Source: Balanoglossus misakiensis (lineage: Eukaryota > Animalia > Hemichordata). Taken from it: a DNA stretch of 64,000 nucleotides. The first letter of the stretch is position 1, and each line of letters opens with the position of its first letter. Location: positions 9,685,656 to 9,749,655 of the forward strand of contig CM082583.2 in the NCBI GenBank assembly GCA_040954595.2, read 5' to 3'. A program made the position numbers and the translations under genes. The notes beneath the pieces are model-generated. The model searched no databases. It was not told the DNA's origin and saw only the letters and a list, made by a program, of their open reading frames with translations. Below are positions 40,401 through 53,672 of this stretch, one piece after another.

Positions 40401-43400
40401 AAGACTGCACTACACAGCGAAATTTATAACTGGGTAGACGTGACATTAATGACAAGCGTATGTTCCAATTTGATTTGATGTCTTAAAACGAACCAATTAC
40501 ACCCATTTCTTTGTGTGACGCACTTTATTTTATTCCCATATTCATAAGACGGCGAATAATCCTGTACATTCACATCCCGGCTTAGCTTTTACTCGTTTTA
40601 TGGAGGGATACACTACAGATAAGCTAAACAGCCGTATTCTTTATTATAAAGATGGTCCGGTGCAAAATATTATTGATAAGATTTCCGAGATGGTTTCTGC
40701 CGCAAGGTTAAAACCATGATAAGCTTAATCTGCGTAAATACATGTGTATAATATGTCCGCTATTCGTCGCCTTGGGGGACCTTGGTTGTGTGTTACCGGA
40801 GTGAATTAATTTCGTGCACGAGTCGCCCTGTTGATTCCATTTCGATTAAGTCAATCAAAGCGTGTTTAGTTTTGAATTATCTGCGTTTTGAACCTACTTT
40901 ACAATGCTCGATAGCCCCCTTCGGTTCATCATCGTGCGAAATCTAAGTTAGCTGGTGAATCATTTACAGAACTCAATTCGTGCGCGTCGCTCTCAACCAG
41001 AATAAATATCTAGATTTACAATTGTCTGACTCCATGATCATTACTGTGGTTCATATTGGGAGTGCCGGGGGGAAAAGTACTAGTCGGTTATTTTTTTATG
41101 ATTGCATTAGCCTCTTTTATGTCTGTTAGCCACATGTTCGTTAAATCTTCTCGGTGGATTAATTTTGTCAGGTTTCAAACGAAAACCGGGCACTGCATCG
41201 GCCTCGCAGAAATGTTAATCGTATCCCCACGGTCACCTAACGTCAGCTGTAATGATATAGAACCACCAGTTAACACTTCAAAGGACATGGCGCCGATCGA
41301 CTGACTCAACGATGGGACTTGTTACGATTCTGTCAGCCAGCTAGCTGTTCTTATAGTCGCCTCGTCTCTGCCTCAGTCGAGCGCGTCCGAGCATGTCCGA
41401 AAATGTGACTGAAATTGCGATGAATAAAAACATATTTTTGTCTTCTCATTCAGAAGCGACACAGGTCACTTTTGAATTTTACGAATCCGAATTTCATCTC
41501 AGGCTACATGTATGTATATTCAAAATTTCAGTATGCGTGGCAACATATTACGTAATCAAAATTATTGTTCGCTGGTTTTGATAAGAGACGGACTACTCAG
41601 GTAACCAATCATCATGTTCAAATACTTCTATAACGATTTAATGGCTCGATTAAAGTTTTATGCATCTATGGGAACATGGCATTTCAGAAGAAATAACAAG
41701 TAATGGGATAATATACTCGCAGCTGCGGCAGACACCATGAATTCAGAGATGTGCCATTAATATATCATATATAATTGTGACATGCACACGGATGCCACAT
41801 ATTTTGACTTAGGGCATTCCACTATGGGTAGAATGCATGCGTGGTTCACGACGTCCAGTGACATAAACTCTGTAAGCAGCAATCCCTAAATGCCGTATCC
41901 CGTATTGAGTATAAAGTGATAATGGCATCCATGCTGGTTCATGGACAGTGAGGAACCAGTGCGATGTTCCAGATTTGTAAAAGTAGGCTATTGGTGTCAA
42001 GTAAATGTACCCTAATCTAGCTATTATCCGCCCCCGTGATCCGCTAAAAAAGTGGAACTGCCATTGCTATGATGAAACATATTACAGTTGAGTATTTCCT
42101 ATTTTAATAAAAAGTCGCGTGAGTATTCACTGCCTTTATCCGAATTTTGAACACGTACGGCATTGGAAAAGCCTCCTTAATCATACGATTACACCCATTT
42201 ATAGTTCACAGGTCACCGTGATACACAAAGTGTGATGCAAAGCCCGTAATCGAGGTAGAGTGGCGATATTAATTTTCATATCCGCTGTGAAATACAAAAC
42301 AATCTCATCGTGGCGGCCATTTTGTTCAAGACTTCAATCGCCCGTCCCCACCGACATTTAAACCGATGGCAGTCAAAGTATACGCACCGTCATTTTTAGT
42401 TGGCCGAAATGAACCGTCTTCCAACGTATCCTTAATTAATGGTAATGGTATGCTAGAAGCAGTCGTCATAACTGTGATGACAGTAATCATTTGTCAATTC
42501 TTTTATCAGATTTCGAGATTCCCCGTCACCCCATTAGCCTTTGTACTTTACGATAGGCTATATGTACTGGCAGCAGCAAATTTAATTACTGAGTATAGGT
42601 ACACAATGAGCTTCATTCAATCCGAGCTTGGCGTTAATGAAGGGATCGATACTGTGAAGGCATGTAGACTGGGCGATCAAGAGATAAGAATAATTATGTC
42701 TCAGTTTTCCTCATGGCAGCGACATTTTTTTGAAATACAGTTCTACGTGCATCACTGGGTAACCACCAATTTGAGATTTCATCATCATAAGGAGAAATTT
42801 GCCGACTTTATGGTCATTTTTACTGAAGGGCACTGTTGGTATAGCGGAATATGTACCACCCATCATGAGACAAGAACGTGACTACTCCCATCAATATAAT
42901 AATTACAGGAAGAATATCAGATAACCATTTCTACAAGTGGAATCGAGAGCAAATTATTGGCACTTTGAGGGCTGAGTAGAATGTTGTGCTGGAAATGACG
43001 CAAGTAGACTATACCAAAACCTTCGCATAAATTGCTTTCTGGTAAAATGTCCTTATTAGGGATTTGATATCAAAATATCAGTGACGCAACAGCGTAACAT
43101 AATTGTGGTATTCTAGCTGGTGTTATTTAATATGAACCGAAGCCCTGTCGTCATCAGCGTAGAATTACAACTAGGCAAAATATTCCGATGCTATACTAAA
43201 CGAGCCCGTTCGAGATTTACAATGTAAGTAGTTGGAATGTGTTTGAGTACATCGTCAATGGAGCCGCCTGGTGAAAACTGAATGCGGTTAATAACGTGAA
43301 AGCCCTGGCACAATACTTGGTAGTATAGAGGTAAATTCTTATGAAAAAAACTCATATAGATGATATTAATTTGAAAGGTCCCGTCATGTGAATTTCAGAG

Positions 43401-43808
43401 AGAGAAAAAGATGACTTTTGGCCTTCGAAGGAAAATTTCACGAGAAGGCGGTAAATTTTTCTCTCGTGAAAATGAATGATACCCCGATATTTTATCAGAA
43501 AAATGATGGCATTTCCCTGTGTATATTTTTATGCAAATATATGTATCTGTTAAATCAGAGATGACTCAATTTTGACAGCTGGGGAAATTTAATCGAAATT
43601 TGACAACCCAAAGGAAGCCATTTTCCTGAGCAAAATATCACAGCTACTAATTTCCGCCTCGTCTTCGGAAGATGGTCTCATTATATGTCAATGTAGTTTG
43701 TTTTGCTCATAAATTGAATGCTTAGAAACGCATCTTATGATTTTTGCGTGCTGTGAGTGTAATAGTGACAGCGGCACCATGAAAAGGCGTCCTTTACCAT
43801 AGAAAGGG

Positions 43809-43859
<51 letters not shown>

Positions 43860-43970
43860 ATGTATGTATGTATGTATGTATGTATGTATGTATGTATGTA
43901 TGTATGTATGTATGTATGTATGTATGTATGTATGTATGTATGTATGTATGTATGTATGTATGTATGTATG

Positions 43971-44000
<30 letters not shown>
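43809..44000. repeat. Compound microsatellite (TGTC)12(TGTA)36 in intron 1 of gene B
   Basis: Read directly from the sequence. It produces the YIHT/MYVC/TDRQ repeat ORFs in the track. Confidence 0.98.
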
Positions 44001-44001
<1 letters not shown>

Positions 44002-47000
44002 CGTGCATTGTTTCCAAATGTGACGAGTATCATTCGCATGTTTTATTCCTTCGTTGTGCGTCAACTCTGAGATAACTACAATCAGTTGTATCTCTGATCC
44101 TGTCACGAATTTTTCAGCGAATCCGCTCGAACCGTCACGGATCTCCACGAAAGGTGCCATCGGGGATAATATGTTATAAATAAGTAATTCCCTAACTACA
44201 AATCCGTGCTTTCATTCGTGAATTACCCAGCGCAGGAGCCCATTCACCAGTGCTACTCATCACAGTGGACATATATCTTTCTGTCGAAAACATACGCCAG
44301 TCATGAAATATTAATTCAAACTGCTTAGATTACCAAGGTTAATAGCGTTCTCGCTTTAAAACTTCTTGCGCCCACCGTCCCCCATTCACGCCTAATTGTC
44401 TTCTTGCGTTATCGTGTCTATCAGGGCAATCCTTTTCACGAGAGGCCGGGTCTTCTCAAGCCATTGCGTCAGACATTGGTTGAAAAGCTTCCTTTGAATA
44501 GGAGTGGAGCGTTCGCGAAATACTTCCAGGTGGACAGCGAAGTGATCTTCATGCCCGCAATGGCGTTCTGACCACCGACAGCTCCTGTGTCGGTCATTAT
44601 CTCTATACATACGGGCAACCCTCCTTGCGCCCGGCAGGATTCATTCATTTCACGCTTCAATGTACACTTTTGTATTATAGTAAGTCGATTTCTTAAATTC
44701 CTATTACAGCCAACAGTAACTGTTACGGCGACGTAATCTCCTAATGGAATTGTGGCATACTTGGCTTGTAAATGTTCATTTCGACGGAACATAAAAACCA
44801 CCATTTATGTCGTACGCTTTCATTATGCATATACGCACTGCAGCTGCGATAAACCCGATCTGGAAAATTACTTTCGTATACATTTTATGGGTTTTTGTGC
44901 TTACCGTGGCGTTGTTTGTGTTTCTGGAATGACTTTTAAGACCAACTATTAAAGCGTTGGTTTGGGTCACAATCTATGACTGATTTGCACAGATTGTGAG
45001 CTTACCAATATCACATAAATATTGTGAAACAATACAATTTCAGGCGGAGAAAAAAAGGGGGAGGGTCACTGGGAACGGCAGCCATGATGCTACTTTTGTG
45101 ATAGAATGTCGTCTGCGTTGGTTACAAACCTTATGGTCATATCACAACAGGTAACCTCACGACGTGCAATTATTCAGAATCCTTAACACCGGCACCAGTC
45201 CCAGTTTGGCCCAAAATACTCGTATTGCGAACCTTCCAACATAAACCGGAACTTCAACTTTGAAACTATTGTGGTCTCTGGTACTATACGCGAAAAAAAC
45301 AGAAGAGAGCGACATCTGCCCTTTATACTGACTGCGTGTGCTCAGAAAGAAAATTAACTCACGTTTTCGTTCTTCCAGCGACGCCACAAACCACGGCATG
45401 TGCCTCTTCGCCAATTCCGACGCTACATGTCTGATACAGACAAATTTCAAGGTCCGTTAGACCAAGTGCCATCAAATTTGTGCGTGGTAGTTTCCACGCT
45501 AAACAGATGGTAGACTTGGCATGCAAATTATAACTCATTTACATGTTTAGGGACTGTTCGGTGCATGATGGGATTCATTGCGCTATTATACGTTGATCAT
45601 GTATTGACTTGCTATTATGTAAGTTCATACATTGTTCCCCGTAAGACAATATCTAATAGGTCGATAGTCCTGTTCGAAGCGCAAGACTGCAGTGGTTTCG
45701 TAAGGTGGCTTTTGATTGGTCAGTTTCTTTAAGTATCTCTTCAAACAGGCGTACAGCAGGTGCACGAATGCTGTAAACTACGTCATCATCATCATTGAAC
45801 TCTTATCAAACCAAAATTAAGATGCTGAATAATCATGTAAATAAAAGCCTACTGAGAAAGGACAGACCTTGAAATCCTAACGACGGCAAAAATCATTAAT
45901 TCCCATTCTCTATTTCCATAGCATAATATTTGGTCGTGAGGTTCTAGCCTCATTTCGAGATCAAAATATGACACGTTACACGTTACATCCATCACGGATG
46001 AGGGAAACCTTTTTCAATCCCGGTTACCAAGGCCACCTTCACCGCATGCTTGCCCCTCATGGCATTTTCAATTTCCGCCATTACACCACGCAGCCACTGC
46101 ATGCGGTTACTTTTTTTTCGGTCACGACGGCTCTCAGATGCACTTACGTGCGTCTGAGCGGTGTCTGACGAGCCGCTCATAAACACACCGGCGACGTTGT
46201 GTGAAATCCCCGTCACCGCTGTGATGAAGTTGACGTCATGTTATCAGGGAGTAAACAACACGTCTGGTATAGCTGCGGCGCGTGCAATCTCAAAAATAGA
46301 TTTAGTATTCCCGCCAGGGTAGTAAAGTCCGTCATTAGGTTTCACACATAATGGGTAAAAAACAGTGATACAGTCAATTATCGATAAACACTTCGATGTT
46401 GCTCACTGTAACATCTGACCTTTGTTGGAGCCTGCGCACTCGATGTGTACAGTGCATAGTTTGCACGTGAAGTTGTGCGCTGGCGTGATGCTGTTTTGTA
46501 CCACATGAATGCAAACTACACATTTGGCCCCTACACGAATCACTTCAGTATTGTCCAAATGATCCGCCGGCCCACTACCTACTGACGACTGCTCGCTAAA
46601 ACCAACGCCATACATTACAGCTGACTATAGAACCAACCTTTGCTATTTTTGCAACAGAAAATTAAATAGCTGTACGTGTGGCTTAGACGGTTAACAATCT
46701 GAATAAAATATGAAACTTTTACGATTTATTCAGTGGATCAGGTGTTGGTATCTGGAGAAAATTTGAACAAAATCGCCTGGATTAAAAATTAATGACGCAT
46801 TTCATATCTTTCTACATTCGCGGCGATGTGGCTGAATGACGCTGTAGACTGGCCTTCGTGTTTCTTTAGTTTTGTTCCAACCTTTAGTTAACCTACCACC
46901 ATGTACTGATAATGCTCGTACCACGCATGAGCACACTTTTTTTACTGCACGGCCATACCCATGCAAGTGTCTCCTTTCGACAACATTTGACCTCAGTATT

Positions 47001-48622
47001 GATTGGAATATATTATGAATGATTGCTTGTCATCTAGTATGTTCATCAGGGGAGCAGCTGTTTTGGCATGATCGATGCGTGAGGAAGACTTGGACTGATT
47101 TGATCAGATCTATCCATGCACGGTGCGTCATTTTGTAAGACTGTTATGACAATGTTCAGGTTCTTGGAAATCTGGGCTCAGTTTGCAAGTGAAAGTAATC
47201 TCGCACTGGTACTCCGTGTAATCGGGCTTGGAAATGAAAATTTGAGTTTGTCTTGCGGTTTATTACACCGATAGGTCATTAGCTGGTTGCCGAGTGACCA
47301 CTAACAGAGCTTATGGTGTTATTAGATGGCAATTTTGAGAAATCAAGAGTAAAGTTGGATGATCTTTTGTGAAATTATAATACACATACGCACCGCTGTT
47401 GGCGCTATGAGCATTATAACGACAGGGGTGCGGTTTACAAAGAGGTTTATGAAAAGCAAATAGTACGTGACTCTTGAGCGGGCATTCGCAAGGCCTCACC
47501 TTTTCTTTGTTTGCGCGGAATTTCACGCTATTCTGACCTGTGTGTACAGATGACCCGTACAAACCACTTCTGTAAATATGTAGAGGGTGCTGTGTGTTAA
47601 AAAAACTCTGATGAGGAAATGTGCTTTGGGTGTTAAGTAGTGCAAGGTGACCATTTTGATTCTGAAGGCCGCACAGAATAAAAGAGTGATTTCCTGTAGA
47701 CGAATGGGCCATTATTTAACCCCGTGGATGCGTCGCGAGAAACACAACATTCAGGAACGCCTTGAGTGATGTACCTGCTCGTTTAATCATGCCCCCAGAA
47801 GGTTACAAACATGGATTTTGTCAAATGCTCGAGTATAACAGAAGGTTCACTACCAGTGCATGGACAGAGAATATTTGCCATGAAGAACCCTTGGCAGTAG
47901 TCTGCAATGTTTGAACATGGGAAAGGGAGACGAATGATTTTGTAGTTCCTTAAAACTCATTATCTGCACCAATAATTATTCTACGTATTCCGTGGTATTC
48001 GACCCAATCTCTTACTATTAATCATATGCATATATGCTAATTCCACATAACTGAATAAGACTTAGGGTTTTGGTCATTTTAATCGCGCAAATACCCGGAA
48101 AGGCATATTTGACAAAATAATGAAAAGTGAATGGGCTGTCAAGGGCGGTTATGCATTTATCAATCAGAGGAATTTGTAATCTAAATGTAAATGTTTTAGC
48201 CTTTCGGCTCTTTCGATAAATTGATTCCAGAATTGACAAAAGTTCGTTATGTACATCGTCATCCAGTTTCGCTTGTCGTTGGTCGCGACTTTTTTCCTTT
48301 TTATCGAATTAATGCTACGATATACCTCTGACCTCGTATTCGGTGATGTAATTCCCCTGTAGTTGAAAACCTGCTTGGGAGCTGTTGTATGAGTCTATAT
48401 AATGATTGGGCTGTGTGATTAAACTGTCCTTGAAGTACCCGGTAAGCATTATAATGACACCCTTCGAGGCTCATTACAAACAAACTCTCATCTCCAATCG
48501 GTGTTCATTTTTGAAATGTTCTCTTATGCACGTGTTTGTCGATAGCGAACACGTGCTTATAGTACAACATACATCTTAGTTTTCAAACGTATTATTGGTC
48601 TTTATATTTTAATTTGTTAAGC

Positions 48623-48664
48623 TACATACATACATACATGCATACACACACATACATACACACA
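48623..48664. repeat. Short imperfect (TACA)/(CA) microsatellite
   Basis: tacatacatacatacatgcatacacacacatacatacacaca. Confidence 0.8.
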
Positions 48665-50144
48665 TATCACGAAATGCAATATATGCCAATTGATATTCTA
48701 AACTGCATGTGACATTTACAATGATACATGTAATAAATTAATGTGATTGGTTCCTAAAAAGCTTCTCTTTATAAAATTCCGGTGGAAAATTAAAAGGGCA
48801 TCAGAATAACTCATTACTCGTCTGAAATTGATTGCATCAATTCGAAAACTGTCCTTCCCGACGGCAGACAACCAGCATCGGATGATTTATAATACATTTA
48901 AAAAATGTCACCATTTCCAAAATGTCAACTTGCAAACTCGCAATTCTTCGTGGCCCTAGGCATAAACCCTGTTCGATGATTTGAAAAGGGGCAGGTATAA
49001 TCAGGTCAGGTCAACCCTTCATAACTCCATTAGTACACTTCAAACAGTGGCTTTCCTGTTGCAGATACGCAAATTGGTCAATTATTAAGGACGTTACGGT
49101 TACACGAGTCAGTCGATGAATATACTAGGGCCAGTGGTTGCTTGCTGTCACTGCTCTGGTATCTGCCTGGTATCAGCCAATGACGGTTTACCTTCTCACA
49201 AAAATCATTCATCTTCTCACGGCTAAACCAAAGTCAGTTATTAACGGGAATATTTTTTTGTAAAATCAAAACAAGTCAACCGTACAACGATGGAATAGTT
49301 CTTTCCTCTCAGAGCCAGAATAGTTGATCAGTGATGACGTGATGAAATAACGTTCTCTGTGTTACCAAAAAACACAGCAGCCTTGATTTGAATTGAATTG
49401 ACATTTATCAATGGACCTTTGGCCCAAACCAGGAGACACAGCTGCAGACTGTGACCCATAATCTCATGTACCAGAGACTGCGCAGATAATAAAATAAATC
49501 TCCCAGGACGAGATTGCATATTACAACGCAACGGTGAACCTTTCGCCACAGCATGCAACATTAACGACCGCATTTTGCGATATTTCAGATTTACTGAACG
49601 ATCACATCTACGTAAACACTATTTCCCCCGAACCATTTCCATTATGATTTTGCCAAAACGCCTCGCTTGAATTATTTGTATTTCAAAGTGCACGTATTTA
49701 TTGAAGGGAGAATGTACGATTTTCCTTAATGTCCAACAAATTGGTTGCATTTACACCTTTCAGCAGATAATTTTGTGACATTCGCTAAAATTTATGTCTG
49801 ACGATGTAGTTTAGTAAATTTCCAACTCGTGGCAATTTCGTCATTGATTGGGTATTTTACGTTAAACGGGCAGGATTTCCGCAAAATCGACGATGGCCTG
49901 CGGCTGCGAAGTTACATGAATAATTCCAAGTGATATTTCAAGGCAGACTCATCTCACAACACGCGATCAGTGTTCAAACCGCGTGAATAACCAGAAGTAC
50001 AGTGCCAGAAAGTATTCTTGTTAGTTTTTAAATCTCTTTCTCTCAGTCCATCTGATATCTTTGAAAGTCACCTACGACGAGCAAATCAATTATATGCTTA
50101 TTTTTTCTTATTCCATTACTTTTACTTTTGACATGGTTATCTAG

Positions 50145-50280
50145 GCGTCCCTTCAAGCTACGTGCGGTACCCTGACGGCACTGACGGTGGATCGTTGCTA
50201 CGTTCTGACCAACCCACTGAAATCGATCGTTTCTAGAACAACCTGGAGGGTCATCGTGGTAAACTGCAGTATATGGATAG
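50145..50280 (+). CDS. KISS1R: Kisspeptin-receptor-like GPCR, gene B, coding exon 2 of 3 (136 nt, TM3-DRC-ICL2-TM4)
   Basis: Pyrimidine-rich tract and TAG acceptor ending at 50144. Reads ASLQATCGTLTALTVDRCYVLTNPLKSIVSRTTWRVIVVNCSIWI, compared with KISS1R [25 protein letters not shown]..RRT....SIWV. GTACGT donor at 50281, phase 1. Confidence 0.92.
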
Positions 50281-50564
50281 GTACGTCTGTCTGCTTGTCA
50301 GTCTGTCAATCGACAAATAAGATAATAAGATTAAAACTCGGTGACCCGTTCAGCAAAGTGACTCAAAAGTTCGAGAAAAATATTGGACTCAAATAAAAAT
50401 AGCCGATGCTGTTCAATCACGCCCAAGGCGGGAAGGTATTATTTTCATGTATTCCAGCTCTCAATCAATGGGGACGCTTGAGCGTTTGACGACCTGATCA
50501 AGTCACATTCGATGAACACTGATAGACCTACACGAAAATAACATTTTTTCTCTTTCCTTCACAG
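50281..50564 (+). other. Intron 2 of gene B (284 nt, GT-AG, phase 1)
   Basis: GTACGT donor, polypyrimidine tract plus CAG acceptor, and an in-frame join within TM4. Confidence 0.9.
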
Positions 50565-51208
50565 TTTCCCTGACTCTCCACTTCCCCGTGTTCATATTCT
50601 ACCAAGTTGTGGACGGGTTTGGCGCACCTGGTAGCAAATTCTGCGCCTCGAAATTCCCGACCGCCGCCGGTCACACCATTTACTATTCCTACGTGGTCGT
50701 GGTCGCGTACCTGGTTCCCTTGGTGATCATAAGCTGCTGCTACTACCAGATCCTGCGGCGGATCTTGCACTCCAGCGAGTGCAACGGCGTTGAGGCGTGT
50801 GACCCGAAGGAAACTCGCAAGCGCCAGCGGAGACGGAAGGTCATCCGCATGGTGCTGATTATGGTGAGCCTGTTCGCCATTTGCTGGGCGCCGCTCCACG
50901 GTGTCAACTTGTGGTCCATCCACACGAAGGACACGTCGGCCCCGACGGGCCACGTCAAGACTTTCTCCCTCTTTCTGGCCTACGCCAACTCGTGCATCAA
51001 CCCGTTTGTGTACGCCTTCTCCGGGAGGAATTACCGCACCCGCTTCTTCGCCATCCTCCAGCGGACCCGCACGCCGCCGTTTCACGAGTACGTCAACGGG
51101 AACTCGCCGGGTAACGCCAGAAGGGTTGCTCTGGGCAACGTTTTAGAGCTGAGCTCCGTCGACACTTGCAGTGATGGCCACAATGCAGCGCGACGAAGAA
51201 CACCGTAG
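50565..51208 (+). CDS. KISS1R: Kisspeptin-receptor-like GPCR, gene B, coding exon 3 of 3 (TM4 end to C-terminus, TAG stop)
   Basis: Acceptor ttttttctctttccttcacAG ends at 50564. The phase-1 join restores V-SLTLHFPVF. Contains the ECL2 Cys (KFC), TM5 YLVPL, basic ICL3, TM6 CWAP, TM7 VKT..LAYANSCINPFVY (NPxxY) and helix 8. The spliced CDS is 354+136+644=1134 nt, or 377 aa plus stop. Confidence 0.93.
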
Positions 51209-52039
51209 ATGTGCGCCCTCAAGGGCATGGCACATACGGAGAGCCAAAGAAGAACCATTCTCTGAGCTCAGCGCGAGTTTGTTAAACATTTGGCAGCATT
51301 TACATTGATTGTGTGTGTATGTTTGTATGTATGCATGTATAAAAAATTGTGTGCAATACAGATAAGAGGCTGTCGCTAATCTTCACTAAAATATGTCGGC
51401 CATGTCGACTCTCCCTGCATACGATCTTTGCTATATGCCTAACATGCGGCTCTGATATAACGAGGCGTCAAAAAAATGAACTTTTCCATCACTTTTGGAA
51501 CGAGTCGCCAAAAATCTTCAACGGCACTGTTTAAACACTAGTACTTTTCAGAAAGACCAGCACTTTGCATGATACAATTAGATATATTTTGCACAAGCTT
51601 ATCACGTGCACACACAAACTCTATTCTCGCTATACATTACAGACTGAACCCTAGTTAGTGCCTGGTTTCAATGCATGAGTTTTCCAGGGACTATAATTAT
51701 TCACTCTGTAGAATACACAACGGAGGAGAACACTCCACGCTCAGGTGGTTACTCAAGATATTGTGTATTTACGAACTTATTTTCTTATTCTAAGTTGTAT
51801 AAGATTTGTGCGTCGAGTTTTTAATTTTGAAAGATAGAAAAGGAAAATCAGCCGCTGGCGGCGCTCTCACCAAAGACTGTCGTTTCCACGACAACGTGTG
51901 CCATATCTATCAGCCTAGTTTTGTTTATAAGAAATACTTGTTCACTAGCACTCCAACTTGTTTTAGACGATTTTTCACGCCACCTTCACATGTATGCCGA
52001 ACAGAAGATAACAATGAGAATGTTTTTCAAACGTTTTAA

Positions 52040-52045
52040 AATAAA
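52040..52045 (+). promoter_or_regulatory. Candidate polyadenylation signal of gene B
   Basis: First AATAAA I could find downstream of the stop at 51208 (about 830 nt away). Motif only, no transcript evidence. Confidence 0.25.
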
Positions 52046-53672
52046 TGAAACTGTTCAAATACAATTGACCATAGGCTATTATTTTAGTAGCTCCCCACCT
52101 CTTTAAAAGTCACCAGGTAAGTTATTTACAAATCGGTATATTCAGGGAAACTATACCAATTCACATGAAGAATCCTCCTTCCGTATATTTCGAGCGATAG
52201 ATGAAACACACCCCCCCCCCCCCGTGTTCTCATTGACAGTTCCCTTATTTTTCAGTCTGCTAGTAAACAGCAGCAGACGACTTCGCGAGAGCGCCCGCAA
52301 GTGGCAAAGCCGCTGTTTGGAAGAGTTGATCAGTTGAGATGGGGGACCAAATCGTTAGACTTGCGAAAAATAGGAAGCTAAAACATGCATCTCTGAGCAA
52401 GCAAATGCAACGCTATAAAATTTGTCAATTGGTTCAAATTTTGGGCGGAAAAGAAAATCCAAGAGAGAATCACTGAAGTACGGACGGCAGAAGTCCTTTT
52501 ATGAACTCCACTCTTTGACCCCTTGTTATAAATAATGTAAAATGCATGACGTCACTACAGACTTCAGGAAACACCTCGTCGGCGTCTACGTCTGCAACTG
52601 TGTGATGTTGTTCTTCATCGATAAAATTTGACGTTTATTTTCTCATCTAAGTGGTCTTTTCAATACAACGGCAACCGTTTAATTATCCGACAAAGCTCTG
52701 GAGGTACTAGAGGTGAACGATCGGGTGGAAAAGTAAGTACAGGCGTCATATTCAGTGGCTGTCAACTTTGTTTTCCTATCTCTTTACGTTGACTCCGTGT
52801 GCACAGCGATCTCCATGTTGAAATGGTAGGAAACCGAACGTGGACACTCCGATCACGGTGATCGACCGTGCTCCGAGTGACATTCGGTTAATTTTACGTG
52901 TGTATAGCAAATCTTGGACCCCAGCTTGCTATACGATCGTGCCTGAACGTTGGTCACGTACATGTAGGGGAAGGTCAGTGAGAGTGGGGGTGGGTGGTGT
53001 ACATTTCTCCGAGTTGCATTACCATGATTACAGGGTGTATACCGTTTTATACGTGATAACAAAATATCGAGATCGATCGAGGGAGACAGAGAGAGATCCT
53101 TGGTTTATACTCTCTCGTTGATTAATCACACCGTCTGTTTCGTTGTGACAACCAGACAAAAATCAATAATAGTGAGTGTTTTTGGACGCAGAATGGTATT
53201 AATAATGTTGTCTGCCTGTTGACGATGTGCCACCATGAACTGATTAGGTTATGGAATAATTTAATTTCCTGAGTGTGAAAACCAGTAGCGGCCGGACAGG
53301 TCATGCATTGGAGATGATGGAGTAGATGTATTTGCAAATGTGTTGCTTTCGTGATACTGTTTGAAAAACAAAGATGTGTCAATTTCATAGGCATGTATAT
53401 TTCAAGTAAGTTCATTGAGAACAGGGATTTACCATAATCACACTATACCTCTAGCAGACACAGCGATGATAATTGTTTTGGATGGTAAACAGTGAGTTGG
53501 ACATTGGGCAACGTAGTTAGATACAGCATACAAATGTTTTCACATTTAAATACGGTCTTTGCATGAGATTACATTGAGCACTGAAAAAATAGACGTGTTC
53601 CTACGTAACGTGTCAATACCATTCAATGCTTTCTTTGGTGTTCACACACAGTCTTTTTCATACATTGCTTAA

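Larger units (their letters stand above)
37405..50144 (+). other. Intron 1 of gene B (12,740 nt, GT-AG, phase 0)
   Basis: GTGAGT donor and TAG acceptor. The flanking exons join in frame to give a continuous TM3 (YMQY|ASLQATC). Confidence 0.88.

Noticed and set aside
43688-44160. ORFs with YIHT, MYVC and TDRQ repeats
   Set aside because: Translations of the tetranucleotide microsatellite.
50528-51146. Overlapping ORFs (185 aa on the minus strand and others) across exon 3
   Set aside because: Shadow frames of a GC-rich coding exon with no independent motifs.
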